From positions 1 through 58,694 of IMG/VR virus record IMGVR_UViG_3300020463_002739: 58,694 nt of DNA. One strand, given 5' to 3'. The notes under the pieces were generated by a model. The model ran no database searches and was not told where the DNA came from. It worked only from the letters and a program-made list of their open reading frames with translations. This document shows, one piece after another, positions 19,947 to 29,860 of the stretch. Position numbers and translations under genes: made by a program. Within the stretch, counting starts at the first letter, position 1, and each line of letters starts with the position of its first letter. This DNA is from a virus. Taxonomy: Duplodnaviria; Caudoviricetes.

Positions 19947-20570
19947 ATGGCTTATTTAGATAATACTTCAATTACAGTCGATGCAATCCTTACGAAAAAG
20001 GGTAGAGAGAAATTAGCTGCCGGTCAAGGATTGAACATCACACAATTCGCATTAGCTGATGATGAGATAGATTATGGTTTGTATGAACCAGCACATCCAA
20101 AGGGTTCAGCGTTCTATGATGCAGCAATAAAAGCAATACCAGTTCTTGAGGCATCACCAGATGAAACTCAAGTAATGAGATTTAAATTGGTAACTTTACC
20201 AAAGAATACAACTCGTATTCCAAAAGTATCATTTGGTATTCCAAATATCGCGGTATCACAAGATGAGGGAGAAGTTGCGTTAACACCAACTACTTCACCA
20301 AGTGGTAACACAACTGCAGGATATACTGTTGTTCTTGCTAATAAAGAGGCAGGAAGTATTATCGGTAGTGGAACAACAACTGCAAGTGGAACTACTCCAA
20401 TATTCTTAGGAGATGAAGTAACCACAACTGCAGCAGTCGTAACAGGTAGAGTATTTAAATTTATACCTAATCCTAACTTAACTCAAACAGTACAAACAAC
20501 AATAACAGTTTATGGTAATGAAACGGGTGGTTCACAAACCATACCTGTAACAGTAACATATGTAGCTTAA
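19947..20570 (+). CDS. virion structural protein, tail-collar/fibre N-terminal-like
   Basis: DAILTKKGREKLAAGQGLNITQFALADD resembles the N-terminus of P2 gpH-type tail-collar fibre proteins (DUF3751). Confidence 0.55.
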   Translation: MAYLDNTSITVDAILTKKGREKLAAGQGLNITQFALADDEIDYGLYEPAHPKGSAFYDAAIKAIPVLEASPDETQVMRFKLVTLPKNTTRIPKVSFGIPNIAVSQDEGEVALTPTTSPSGNTTAGYTVVLANKEAGSIIGSGTTTASGTTPIFLGDEVTTTAAVVTGRVFKFIPNPNLTQTVQTTITVYGNETGGSQTIPVTVTYVA

Positions 20571-20585
20571 AAGGAATAAAAAGAT

Positions 20586-21773
20586 ATGCCACAAATAACA
20601 GGACAAGACGGAAGAAATCTAACATCGGCTATTCAAGGATATTTGAATGGTTCGGCAGGTGCCGTACAATCGGAACAGTTAGTAAATATTTTGAATGATT
20701 ATCTTCAAGGCGGTGATAAGATATCTGCTGCAGGAGGTAATATCAATAACGGTATCTTCAAAAAATTTGGAGAATTCGATACAGTAACAGGTAAGGTTGA
20801 AGTTGTAACAACAGGCCTTTGGACTGGTGATACTGGTTCATTAACAACATTTTTTACATCATCTGCACAAGTTACTAATAGTGGAAACTATTACTATAAT
20901 GTGTATAACTCAGCAGCAACCTCTTCAGTACAGTTCGCAGTGGCATATGGGCATGTAAGTGGAAGTGGTTCAGTTTCTTTAGCAAACAATGATGATGCTA
21001 AACTTCCTTCAAAAGCAACATATAACCAATATAGAACAGTACTACTTGACCAAACAGATGCACTATTTACAGTACTTAACTCTTCTGGTGTTGAAGCAGT
21101 AGATTTATCAGATATCTATGTTATCAACTTAGCAAGAGCAAGATACAAAGAATCAATCGATGCAGGAAACTGGTCATTAAACTTAAGTGGTTCTGCTGGT
21201 AAAGAAGTAACACTTATCGATAATAGTGGAAAGAAATTCTCAGATAAGGTTGGAAAAGCTGGTAGAGTATTTGATGTTGTAAGTGGTTCACTTAATTTAG
21301 GAACTGATTCAGCAGCAACAATTAATTCTACAACTTCTTCAAATGGAGAAGGATGGGGTAAGTTTTATCCAGACCAAGGATTCATTATACTTAACCCAAC
21401 TGCAATTTCTGCTTCAATCGGTTTAGAACCTGATTTAGGAGTTAACGCTGATAAAGAAAATCACAAACAAATCTACAACGCAATCGTTGCAGGTAAAGAT
21501 TTCGAAGCAAGAAGAACAGAAAATGTATCTACTTCTCATTACTTTGTAAGAGCAACAAACAGAGAATTTAACTATTCTAACAACCCAACATTTATAAGTG
21601 GTTCGGATAACACACTTAGATATGATGCATTCAAGAGAGACCCTAAAATATTTATTACTTCAGTAGGGTTATACAACGATGCTTCTGAGTTGTTGGCAGT
21701 TGCTAAAACATCACAACCAATTCAAAAATCATTTGATAAGGAAGTATTAATCAAAGTAAAACTTGATTTCTAA
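20586..21773 (+). CDS. virion structural protein (baseplate/tail collar)
   Basis: Ser/Gly-rich; C-terminal ITSVGLYNDASELLAVAKTSQPIQK...IKVKLDF. Confidence 0.6.
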   Translation: MPQITGQDGRNLTSAIQGYLNGSAGAVQSEQLVNILNDYLQGGDKISAAGGNINNGIFKKFGEFDTVTGKVEVVTTGLWTGDTGSLTTFFTSSAQVTNSGNYYYNVYNSAATSSVQFAVAYGHVSGSGSVSLANNDDAKLPSKATYNQYRTVLLDQTDALFTVLNSSGVEAVDLSDIYVINLARARYKESIDAGNWSLNLSGSAGKEVTLIDNSGKKFSDKVGKAGRVFDVVSGSLNLGTDSAATINSTTSSNGEGWGKFYPDQGFIILNPTAISASIGLEPDLGVNADKENHKQIYNAIVAGKDFEARRTENVSTSHYFVRATNREFNYSNNPTFISGSDNTLRYDAFKRDPKIFITSVGLYNDASELLAVAKTSQPIQKSFDKEVLIKVKLDF

Positions 21774-21793
21774 GATAAATTATATATCAGATT

Positions 21794-21818
21794 AACCCCA
21801 CCACGAGTGGGGTTTTTT
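21794..21818 (+). terminator. intrinsic terminator
   Basis: AACCCCAC-cacga-GTGGGGTT followed by TTTT. Confidence 0.85.
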
Positions 21819-21826
21819 GTTTTAGT

Positions 21827-21836
21827 ATATTTATAT
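21827..21836 (+). promoter_or_regulatory. candidate late promoter motif ATATTTATAT
   Basis: Exact motif immediately after the terminator, before ATG 21851. Confidence 0.6.
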
Positions 21837-21850
21837 AGAGAGGAAAATCT

Positions 21851-23002
21851 ATGTTTAAAAAAATACCACAAGACCAAATCACTCGAAGATTATTCAATGT
21901 TTACAAAAATGTTGAACTAACTCAAGATGATGTAACTGTATTTCAAGTACACAATGTTACTGGTTCATTCAATGCAAAAACTGAACCTGTCGTTGGTGTA
22001 AGTGGTAGTTTTCCTGGCTTTTCTAAAAGAGGATTATATAACTCTGCAAAACTAAGATACTACAACACTTCGGGTTCTTTACTACAACATGGTGGAGGAT
22101 TTTCGAGTAAACAAACTTATGTAACAGAAGCACCCGCAACAATGAGTATTCTTTCATTTGCTCAATGTGTTAGGGGTGAGGCAGTATTACCTGGTTCATT
22201 TCGATTAGTAGATAGTGGTAGTGGATTAACTGTTGTAGATAATGAAGGAAGTAATGTAATTACAAATACAGACCCCGAGTATGCATTTGATAGTATAGAT
22301 TTCAATACTGGCAAAGTATCACTTACAAATGGTTCGATATTATATATAGAATCTATAGATTATAATACTGGTGAAACAGAAATCTCATATCAAGGTGATG
22401 TTGAAACTCCAAATCCAACATTAATAAATACTGACCTTACTGGTAGTAAATTAATATTTACAGAACCTTTAGATGTATTAACAGAAGTACAAGATGCAGC
22501 AACAGCATATGGTAACCTATTCGCCAAATCTGGTGATTTAATTCTTGATACAGGACAAAATCCTGGTTTCCTTGAAACATTTAATCTTTCTTTTAAATCA
22601 ACAACTCCAATATCAGAAATGGAGATTTTAATAAATATAGAACCAGGTGAGTTTACAACATCAACAAACCCAACTGCAATAGATTTCTTTAATTTAACAA
22701 CATCTTCTTTTGAAACTACAGAGTATGATGAACGAGGAAATCAAAGGGTAGAAATAATAAAAAACTTTACTCCAAGAAAAAAACAGCATATTTATAGTAG
22801 TTACGCTAATTCAACTGGTAGTTTTAACGATTATGACGTAAGTTCTTCGTTAGACCCGACTGGTTCATATTTAACTACATATGTTACAAGTGTAGGGTTA
22901 TATAATGATGATTCGGAATTATTGGCGATTGCTAAAATGGCAAGACCAATAAAAATATTACCAGATTATCCAATTAACTTTTTAATTAAATTAGATTTAT
23001 AA
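21851..23002 (+). CDS. virion structural protein, paralog of 20586 gene
   Basis: Shares EF..S.NPT and VTSVGLYNDDSELLAIAKMARPIK...IKLDL C-terminus with the 20586 protein. Confidence 0.65.
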   Translation: MFKKIPQDQITRRLFNVYKNVELTQDDVTVFQVHNVTGSFNAKTEPVVGVSGSFPGFSKRGLYNSAKLRYYNTSGSLLQHGGGFSSKQTYVTEAPATMSILSFAQCVRGEAVLPGSFRLVDSGSGLTVVDNEGSNVITNTDPEYAFDSIDFNTGKVSLTNGSILYIESIDYNTGETEISYQGDVETPNPTLINTDLTGSKLIFTEPLDVLTEVQDAATAYGNLFAKSGDLILDTGQNPGFLETFNLSFKSTTPISEMEILINIEPGEFTTSTNPTAIDFFNLTTSSFETTEYDERGNQRVEIIKNFTPRKKQHIYSSYANSTGSFNDYDVSSSLDPTGSYLTTYVTSVGLYNDDSELLAIAKMARPIKILPDYPINFLIKLDL

Positions 23003-23006
23003 CATT

Positions 23007-23201
23007 ATGGCATTTGAAATTTTAGATAGAAAAGGAAATCTATTAGAAACTATCGAAGATGATTCACAATTTGATATCATCTTAGAAGGAGCAGAAAAAA
23101 ACCCATCAGACATTGCATACTTTTTATGGGATGTTGATATGGTAGAAAGATTAGCCGAAACAGAAGATGATTCGGATATAAGATTATTAAAGAAAATATA
23201 A
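23007..23201 (+). CDS. small acidic hypothetical protein
   Basis: 64-aa ORF fitting the gap. Confidence 0.55.
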   Translation: MAFEILDRKGNLLETIEDDSQFDIILEGAEKNPSDIAYFLWDVDMVERLAETEDDSDIRLLKKI

Positions 23202-23214
23202 AAAGGACTAAATT

Positions 23215-23394
23215 ATGGCATCTATACAAGACTTATACAAAAATTCAGATTTTGCTAAATTACCTAACAAGGGTGAGGATAAAACTCCTATCGAATTGGA
23301 CGGTGGAAAAGATTTGAGAAAAGAATCAAATCTTGAAAGAGCAAGAGGTGGTAAAGTTAACCTCAAAAAATATTCTGATTCTGTAGATAGATAA
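23215..23394 (+). CDS. small hypothetical protein (59 aa; below ORF-track cutoff)
   Basis: MASIQDLYKNSDFAKLPNKGEDKTPIELDGGKDLRKESNLERARGGKVNLKKYSDSVDR*; AAGGA upstream; fills the gap exactly. Confidence 0.7.
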   Translation: MASIQDLYKNSDFAKLPNKGEDKTPIELDGGKDLRKESNLERARGGKVNLKKYSDSVDR

Positions 23395-23396
23395 TA

Positions 23397-23960
23397 TTGG
23401 GATTATTACAATCTGATAAATGGTTATTTGTGCATGTACCTAAAACAGCAGGTACATCTATTTCCAATGTTCTTAAAGAAAAGGATTGTGTTGAATTAGC
23501 AACACATGGTAAATTAGAATCTCAAAGAGATTTGGGAAATAGATTTGTTTTCGCATTTGTTCGAAATCCATTTGAATGGTTTGGTTCTTTATACCATTCC
23601 CATATTAGACAGCACAGAAAATTACCAATCGAAGAATTTATAAAAACGCATGAATCTTGGGACTATTTTTTTGATACACAAACAAGTTGGATTAAATATA
23701 ATGGTTTGTTAGATAGAATTAATTTTATAGGAAAGTATGAAAATCTGAATAAAGATTTTAAAATAGTTTGTGAAAGTATAGATTACAAAGATAGTAGTTT
23801 AACTTTAGAAAACTATAATACGATAAGAGATATATATCCAAATATGGATATGTATGATTACTACAGAAAAAGATGTTACACTAATCCAAAAGTTGTAGAA
23901 TTCGTTAGAGAAAAATACAAAGAGGATTTTAAAAATTTTGACTATGGCTTGGCATTATGA
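23397..23960 (+). CDS. carbohydrate sulfotransferase, Sulfotransfer_2 family
   Basis: 5'-PSB motif FVHVPKTAGTSI, 3'-PB motif FAFVRNPFEWFGSLY, FIGKYENL..DF, Y..DF..FDY; TTG start. Confidence 0.85.
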   Translation: MGLLQSDKWLFVHVPKTAGTSISNVLKEKDCVELATHGKLESQRDLGNRFVFAFVRNPFEWFGSLYHSHIRQHRKLPIEEFIKTHESWDYFFDTQTSWIKYNGLLDRINFIGKYENLNKDFKIVCESIDYKDSSLTLENYNTIRDIYPNMDMYDYYRKRCYTNPKVVEFVREKYKEDFKNFDYGLAL

Positions 23961-24339
23961 GGGAAAGGTGATTTCTGAAATCACAGATATGCCCGAAGGT
24001 ACTATCGGTTTTGTTTACATGATTACAAACAAAGAAGATGGTAAATTCTATATAGGTAAAAAATCTCTATATTCACATAGAACATTACCCCCACTAAAAG
24101 GATACAAACGAAAAAGAAAAGTTATAAAAGAATCTAATTGGAGACATTATAACTCATCGAATAAGGAAGTTGCATCATGGATAGAAACTCACAAAAAAAT
24201 TCTAAGATTCTGTTTTTCTAAAAAGGCACTAACTTATTATGAACTAAAAGAACAATTTGATAAAGATTGTTTAGAAAGAGAAGAATCATTAAATGATAAT
24301 TTATTAGGAAAATTTTTTAAAAAAGATTTGGAAAATTGA
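23944..24339 (+). CDS. GIY-YIG family endonuclease (Seg/endonuclease II-like)
   Basis: GFVYMITN....KFYIGKK, W..Y.SSN, conserved E and N(DN)LLGKF; start placed at MAWHY (track uses 23938). Confidence 0.8.
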   Translation: MAWHYEGKVISEITDMPEGTIGFVYMITNKEDGKFYIGKKSLYSHRTLPPLKGYKRKRKVIKESNWRHYNSSNKEVASWIETHKKILRFCFSKKALTYYELKEQFDKDCLEREESLNDNLLGKFFKKDLEN

Positions 24340-24358
24340 AAAATTTTTCGTATATTAG
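24327..24358 (+). promoter_or_regulatory. Bacteroidota-type -33/-7 promoter upstream of primase
   Basis: TTTG (24327-24330), 20-nt spacer, TATATTAG (24351-24358) versus the consensus TTTG-N19-21-TAnnTTTG. Confidence 0.55.
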
Positions 24359-24378
24359 CTCTGTATATTGTATAAATT

Positions 24379-25320
24379 ATGCTCTCACAACGAGATAAAT
24401 CAGTTATTATTGGTATTTTAGATGAAGTTTTAGGTGTTGGTACATCCCTAAGAGGTAATGAACAGGCACACCATTGTCCATTCTGCCATCACCATAAGAA
24501 AAAGTTACAAGTTAACTTAGAAACACAACAATGGCACTGCTGGGTTTGTGATTCAAAAGGTAGAAAGATACAAACTTTACTTAAAAGGTTGCATGTAGAT
24601 TCTAAAAAGATTAGAAAAGTTTTTGAAATATATGGTGATGATTACATCGTAACATCAACATCTACTGATGAAGAGAAGGTAGAACTAAGGTTACCATCGG
24701 AATTCAAATCACTATTGGTAAAACCAAAGGGATTGAATCCATTATATAAGAAGGTGGTACAATATGCAAAAGATAGGGGAATCACTAAAGAAGATATTAT
24801 TAGATATAATATTGGTTATTGTGATGGTGGTATTTATACTAATCGTATTATTATTCCTTCCTACGATGTGGATAATAGACTTAATTACTTCATCGCGAGG
24901 TCTGTATTTGCTGAGGAAAAATTTAAATATAAAAATCCGCCAGTATCGAAAAATGTTACAATCTTCGAAAACCACATAAATTGGAAAAAACCTATTACAC
25001 TTTGTGAAGGAGTTTTTGATGCGATGAGTATCAAAAGAAATGCTATTCCTCTCTTGGGTAAATTTATCCCAAAAACTCTAATGGATAGTATATATAAAAA
25101 GGGAGTACGAGATATTAAAATAGTATTAGATAAAGATGCACAAGACCAGGCACTTTATTATGTAAACTATTTTATGAATAATGGTGTAACTGTTACAAAT
25201 ATATTACCTACCGAAAAAGATGCAGGTGATATGGGATTCACCAAAGTAAATAAAATTTTAAAAGAAACAAAGAATACTGGTTTTGAGGATATTGTTTCTC
25301 AAAAACTACAAGGGTTATGA
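24379..25320 (+). CDS. dnaG: DNA primase (DnaG/gp61-type)
   Basis: Zn finger CPFC...HCWVC; RIIIP...ARS...KYKNP; TOPRIM CEGVFDAM and LDKDA, KDAGD. Confidence 0.92.
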   Translation: MLSQRDKSVIIGILDEVLGVGTSLRGNEQAHHCPFCHHHKKKLQVNLETQQWHCWVCDSKGRKIQTLLKRLHVDSKKIRKVFEIYGDDYIVTSTSTDEEKVELRLPSEFKSLLVKPKGLNPLYKKVVQYAKDRGITKEDIIRYNIGYCDGGIYTNRIIIPSYDVDNRLNYFIARSVFAEEKFKYKNPPVSKNVTIFENHINWKKPITLCEGVFDAMSIKRNAIPLLGKFIPKTLMDSIYKKGVRDIKIVLDKDAQDQALYYVNYFMNNGVTVTNILPTEKDAGDMGFTKVNKILKETKNTGFEDIVSQKLQGL

Positions 25321-26504
25321 TATACATTTTAGATAAACCATACAATCAAGGCTTGTATGAACAATGGATAGATGTTGTAGATAGAACTAACATTCCATAT
25401 GAAGTTATAGTTTTGAACAGACAAGAGGCGGATTTAAAGTTTCCTAATTATTTAGGTAATAAAAAAACATTAAATTTTCTCAAAAATAAAATAAAAACTG
25501 ATGATTTACTATTAATTGATAGTGCATTCTTCCAACCGATTGAAGGGGATGTGGAGAGTAATATAAAGTACATCCAAAAAGAATTAGGTTGTAAAATTAT
25601 AGTATTTCATCCAGATACTGGTTTTGATACCAAACTAAGATTCGGAGATAAAGTAAAAGTATTATCACCAACTTATCATATAGATGAAGATGTTGAATCA
25701 AAAAAAGATTCATATAATTTTTATCTTGTAAATGGAGGATATCAAGAACTAAGATGGTTAGCAGAAACTGTATGGTTAAGATACAGAGAAATGTTAAGAT
25801 ATAAAAAGTTTTTATCTCATAATGGTGTTTATAAACTACAAAGAACTTTAATCTATAAAACACTAAAAGAAAATAATTTACTAAAAGATAGTTTTTTCTC
25901 ATATAATGCCTATAATATTTTTGATGATAATATAAATCATAATAAAGATGAAGATACTAAATACGAAAATCATATAATAGAAAATATAGAACCAATATAT
26001 AGTAAAACTACACATGAAGAACTTTTAAAAGATTTACCAATAGTATTAGATTATATACCAAATCTATCAAATGTAGACCAATATGCATTTACTCTTCCAT
26101 ATACTTCAAACGCATACATAGAACTAATTGGATGTACTACTATTGATTCTAGCGATGTTGTTTACACATCCGAAAAAATATTCAAACCATTTATGGCTTT
26201 TATGATACCTGTATTTGTAGGCCCATCGAACTTATGTAAAACTTTACAACAACTTGGGTTTGATTTATTTGATGATATGATTGATTTATCATATGATGAA
26301 GAAATAGATACTGTAAAAAGATTATCTATGGTGATGGAAGAAATAAAAAGATTAGGAAAATATAGTATACAAGACCTACATAATATGTATTGGACCAGAG
26401 AACAAGGTCTACGCAACAACCATCAACTGATGCAAGAACTGGCAAGAAATCAAGTAGAAACAATTAGAGGATTACTCGAACCTCATAAGAACAAACTAAT
26501 ATGA
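25317..26504 (+). CDS. putative GT-B/GT10-like glycosyltransferase (EK..KP family), paralog 1
   Basis: KFLSHNG...YTSEKIFKPFMAFMIPVFVG...LQQLGFDLFDDMIDLSYD; same C-terminal pattern as the 43927 and 49971 genes. Confidence 0.45.
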   Translation: MIYILDKPYNQGLYEQWIDVVDRTNIPYEVIVLNRQEADLKFPNYLGNKKTLNFLKNKIKTDDLLLIDSAFFQPIEGDVESNIKYIQKELGCKIIVFHPDTGFDTKLRFGDKVKVLSPTYHIDEDVESKKDSYNFYLVNGGYQELRWLAETVWLRYREMLRYKKFLSHNGVYKLQRTLIYKTLKENNLLKDSFFSYNAYNIFDDNINHNKDEDTKYENHIIENIEPIYSKTTHEELLKDLPIVLDYIPNLSNVDQYAFTLPYTSNAYIELIGCTTIDSSDVVYTSEKIFKPFMAFMIPVFVGPSNLCKTLQQLGFDLFDDMIDLSYDEEIDTVKRLSMVMEEIKRLGKYSIQDLHNMYWTREQGLRNNHQLMQELARNQVETIRGLLEPHKNKLI

Positions 26505-29500
26505 TAATAAATAAAGTTTATCATTTGGCAGATTTACATATTCGTAATCTCCAAAGACACAAAGAATATAAAATTATATTCAAAAAGTTTTTAAAACAAG
26601 TTAAAGAAGATAAGATAGAAGATTCTATCATTTATATCGCTGGTGATATTGCTCATGCCAAAACAGAGATGTCACCTGAACTCGTACAAGAAATCAGTTG
26701 GTTTCTTACCGAGTGCTCTAAACTTAGAGAAACTGTATTGATTACAGGTAATCACGATTGTAACTTAAATAACTCACACAGACTAGATGTACTCACACCT
26801 ATTATCGAAAATCTTAACAACGATAGAATTCATTATCTTCGTGATACTGGTATCTATAATATCTATAACCTTACTTTTGTTGTCTACTCTATATTGGATG
26901 ACAAGGAAAATTGGCCTAAAGGAGATACCATTGATGGAGAGAATACAATATGTCTTTTTCATGGACCGGTAAACAAGGCACAAACTGATATTGGATACAC
27001 CGTATCATCTAACTCATTTACTGTAGATATGTTTGATGGGTTCGATATGGTTATGTTAGGAGATATCCACAAAAGACAAACTTTTGGAAAAGGATACGAA
27101 CATATTGCATATGCAGGTTCTATGATTCAACAAAATCATGGAGAACTCCTTGAGAATCATGGATATTTGTTATGGGATATTACAACACGAACTTTTACTG
27201 AACATCATCTTCACAACGATTATGGGTTCTTAACTGTTGATGTAGTAAAAGGAAAAATACCTCAATGGGTTTATGATGAAGTTGGTACGAAACTTCCTAA
27301 ACATCCAAGATTAAGATTAAGGTTTACTCAAACAGAGGCAGCTGATATGAAACGAAAAATAACTGAACTCAAAAAGTTATTTAAAGTTCAAGAGGTTACT
27401 GTTACAAGAACCGATACAATCGGACAACTTAAAACAAATCAAAAGGTAAATAAAAACATTGTTGGTAATGTCAAGGATGAAACCTTCCAAAACCAACTTA
27501 TCAGAGATTACTTAGAAAGACAGTATCTATTAGAAGATGAGGAACTAAATAAGATTACAGAACTAAATACAGAATTAAACTCTCGTATTAATCAAGATGA
27601 CTTAGCAGAGAACATTCTATGGACACCTAAAGATTTTGAGTTCTCTAATATGTTCTCGTATGGTGAAAACAACTTAGTAAGGTTTGATAGAGCACAAGGT
27701 ATCATTGGTATCTTCGCTCCTAACGCAAGTGGTAAATCATCACTCTTCGATGCACTCTGTTTCTGTATCTATGATAGAACAAGTAGAACTGCCATCTCTA
27801 AAAACATTTTAAACAATCGTAGAGATAACTTCTATTGTAAGTTTAACTTTGAGATAGATGGAGTTGACTTCTTCATTGAGAGACGTGCTAAATGGACAAG
27901 GAAGGGTACTAACCTTAAAGTTGATGTAAGCTTTTGGAAAGTAGATGGTGGAGTAACTCAATCACTTAATGGTGAACAACGAAGAGAAACTAACAAGAAC
28001 ATTGAGAAGTATCTTGGTAAGTTCGAGGATTTTGTACTAACTACTCTTTCACTACAAGGAAACAACGCACTCTTTATTGATAAATCACAATCGGAAAGAA
28101 AAGAAATACTTTCACAATTTATTGGAGTAGATATCTTTGATAAACTCTACCAAAGTGCAGCAGATGAGAATAGGGATAATGCAACACTTATCAGAAAGTT
28201 CAAGTCTGACGATTTTACGACGCGACTCGCACAAATCGAAACAGATTTAAAGGAGGTTAAACAAGAGTACAAACTTTTAGATATAGAACAAGAATCATCT
28301 GTAAAGAAAGAAGATGATTTACAAAATCAAATTGTAAGATTAAATGAGAAGATTGTAAAGTTAAATGCAGATAGTGGTGTATCTATTGAAGAGTTAGAAA
28401 AAAGATTAAAAATTTTACAAAAGAAGAAGGAAGATAGCACCTCTCAAAAAGATTCTATACAAGATAGAATAAGTCATAGAGAAGATATACAACTTGAATT
28501 AGAAGAAATACTTGATAAATTTGATGAAGAAGATTTAGAAAAAAGTATTGGTATTTTAAATCTAAAAAAGATAAAATTATCTGATGTAGAATCTGATATC
28601 GAAAAGGTAAATATAAAATTAGAATCTCTCTACGAAAGAAAAGACCATTTAGATTCTCACAAATACAACGAGGATTGTGATATTTGTATGGAAAATTCAC
28701 AAACTATTTTAGAAACAAAAGAAAAAGTAGAATCTGAAATAAAAAAGAATCAATCAGAACTTCAAGGTTTTGAAAAAGAAAAATTAGAATTTAATCTTGA
28801 AATAGATTCTTTAAAAGGTTACGAAAAAGAATGGAAAAACTTTCAAGAGGCTAAACAAAAAGAAGATAAGATTGATAGAGAGATATCTCAACTTATTAAC
28901 AAGTTATCAACAACTGAAACTGAAGAATACAAGTTTGTAACCCAAATAGCACAGCAAGAACAACTTATTGAGGAATATTATAAGAACGAAAAACAAATTA
29001 AGAAAAACAAAGAAATCCGAGATGAAATCGTAGATGTTCGTTCTGATTTAGATAAAGTAAAACAGATTATCAAAAACAATAACGCAGAGATTCTTTCACT
29101 TAATGGTAAAATATCTGCACTTCAAAATCAAAAAGAAACTATTGAAGATAGAATTCAAGAAGTTAAAGATTTAGAAGAACAATCAAAATTATATCAGTTT
29201 TACTTAAATGCACTTTCAAAAGATGGTGTATCTTATGAGTTGATTGAAAAATCATTACCGATGATTGAAGGTGAGGTAAATAACATTTTAGGACAAATTG
29301 TAGATTTCGGTATGCAGTTAGAGATTGATGGTAAGAACATCAATGCGTATCTTGTATATGGAGACCAAAGATGGAGTTTAGAAATGTGTAGTGGTATGGA
29401 AAGATTTATTAGTGGTTTAGCAATCCGAGTTGCTCTAATCAATGTATGTAATCTACCACGACCTAATTTCCTTGTGATAGATGAAGGATTTGGTACATTA

Positions 29501-29659
29501 GATAGTGAGAACCTACAATCCTTATTTATGTTGTTTACATATCTTAAAACACAATTTGACTTTGTAATGATTATATCTCACATTGATTCCATGCGAGATG
29601 TTGTAGATGGATTAGTTGAAATTAAAAAAGATAATGGATTCTCAAATGTTAAGTATTAA
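26501..29659 (+). CDS. fused Mre11/SbcD nuclease and Rad50/SbcC ATPase (gp47-gp46 fusion)
   Basis: Phosphoesterase motifs ADLH, GDIAH, GNHD, HG, GDIH; Walker A APNASGKSS; Q-loop LSLQG; coiled coil with Zn-hook CDIC; signature CSGMERF; Walker B IDEGFGTLD; H-loop ISH. Confidence 0.93.
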   Translation: MIINKVYHLADLHIRNLQRHKEYKIIFKKFLKQVKEDKIEDSIIYIAGDIAHAKTEMSPELVQEISWFLTECSKLRETVLITGNHDCNLNNSHRLDVLTPIIENLNNDRIHYLRDTGIYNIYNLTFVVYSILDDKENWPKGDTIDGENTICLFHGPVNKAQTDIGYTVSSNSFTVDMFDGFDMVMLGDIHKRQTFGKGYEHIAYAGSMIQQNHGELLENHGYLLWDITTRTFTEHHLHNDYGFLTVDVVKGKIPQWVYDEVGTKLPKHPRLRLRFTQTEAADMKRKITELKKLFKVQEVTVTRTDTIGQLKTNQKVNKNIVGNVKDETFQNQLIRDYLERQYLLEDEELNKITELNTELNSRINQDDLAENILWTPKDFEFSNMFSYGENNLVRFDRAQGIIGIFAPNASGKSSLFDALCFCIYDRTSRTAISKNILNNRRDNFYCKFNFEIDGVDFFIERRAKWTRKGTNLKVDVSFWKVDGGVTQSLNGEQRRETNKNIEKYLGKFEDFVLTTLSLQGNNALFIDKSQSERKEILSQFIGVDIFDKLYQSAADENRDNATLIRKFKSDDFTTRLAQIETDLKEVKQEYKLLDIEQESSVKKEDDLQNQIVRLNEKIVKLNADSGVSIEELEKRLKILQKKKEDSTSQKDSIQDRISHREDIQLELEEILDKFDEEDLEKSIGILNLKKIKLSDVESDIEKVNIKLESLYERKDHLDSHKYNEDCDICMENSQTILETKEKVESEIKKNQSELQGFEKEKLEFNLEIDSLKGYEKEWKNFQEAKQKEDKIDREISQLINKLSTTETEEYKFVTQIAQQEQLIEEYYKNEKQIKKNKEIRDEIVDVRSDLDKVKQIIKNNNAEILSLNGKISALQNQKETIEDRIQEVKDLEEQSKLYQFYLNALSKDGVSYELIEKSLPMIEGEVNNILGQIVDFGMQLEIDGKNINAYLVYGDQRWSLEMCSGMERFISGLAIRVALINVCNLPRPNFLVIDEGFGTLDSENLQSLFMLFTYLKTQFDFVMIISHIDSMRDVVDGLVEIKKDNGFSNVKY

Positions 29660-29810
29660 CTCTTAAAACATTTGTTGGAGGTTTTGCAGAAACTTTTTCT
29701 TTAATTAACTTTTCAATCAATCCACTTTTACTATAACCATTGTCCGCACAATAATCACTTAGTAATTTAAGTGTTTCTTTCCTTATTTGTATAGTAGAAT
29801 ATTTTCCCAT
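29649..29810 (-). CDS. ribbon-helix-helix (CopG/Arc-like) DNA-binding protein, 53 aa
   Basis: Manual minus-strand translation MGKYSTIQIRKETLKLLSDYCADNGYSKSGLIEKLIKEKVSAKPPTNVLRVNT*: beta strand (STIQI), helix, G-x-S turn, helix. Fills the gap between gp47/46 and the fibre gene. Confidence 0.7.
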   Translation of the reverse strand: MGKYSTIQIRKETLKLLSDYCADNGYSKSGLIEKLIKEKVSAKPPTNVLRVNT

Positions 29811-29814
29811 AGAT

Positions 29815-29860
29815 TTCTATAGAATAAATATAAAGATATTATTTTTGTTTATATTTATAT
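29815..29860. promoter_or_regulatory. inverted pair of late-promoter motifs between divergent genes, with adjacent palindrome
   Basis: ATAAATATAAA (29824-29834) and TTTATATTTAT (29848-29858) form an inverted repeat, giving the ATATTTAT motif on both strands; palindrome TTCTATAGAA at 29815-29824. Confidence 0.55.

Noticed and set aside
4193-23002. Bacterial contractile injection system or tailocin in a cell chromosome
   Set aside because: Linked phage-type sigma, primase, gp47/46 and GIY-YIG genes, uniform composition and no cellular housekeeping genes indicate a phage genome.
23944-24339. Intron- or intein-encoded homing endonuclease
   Set aside because: Short free-standing GIY-YIG gene with no obvious DNA-binding extension, no interrupted host gene and no flanking non-coding intron sequence.
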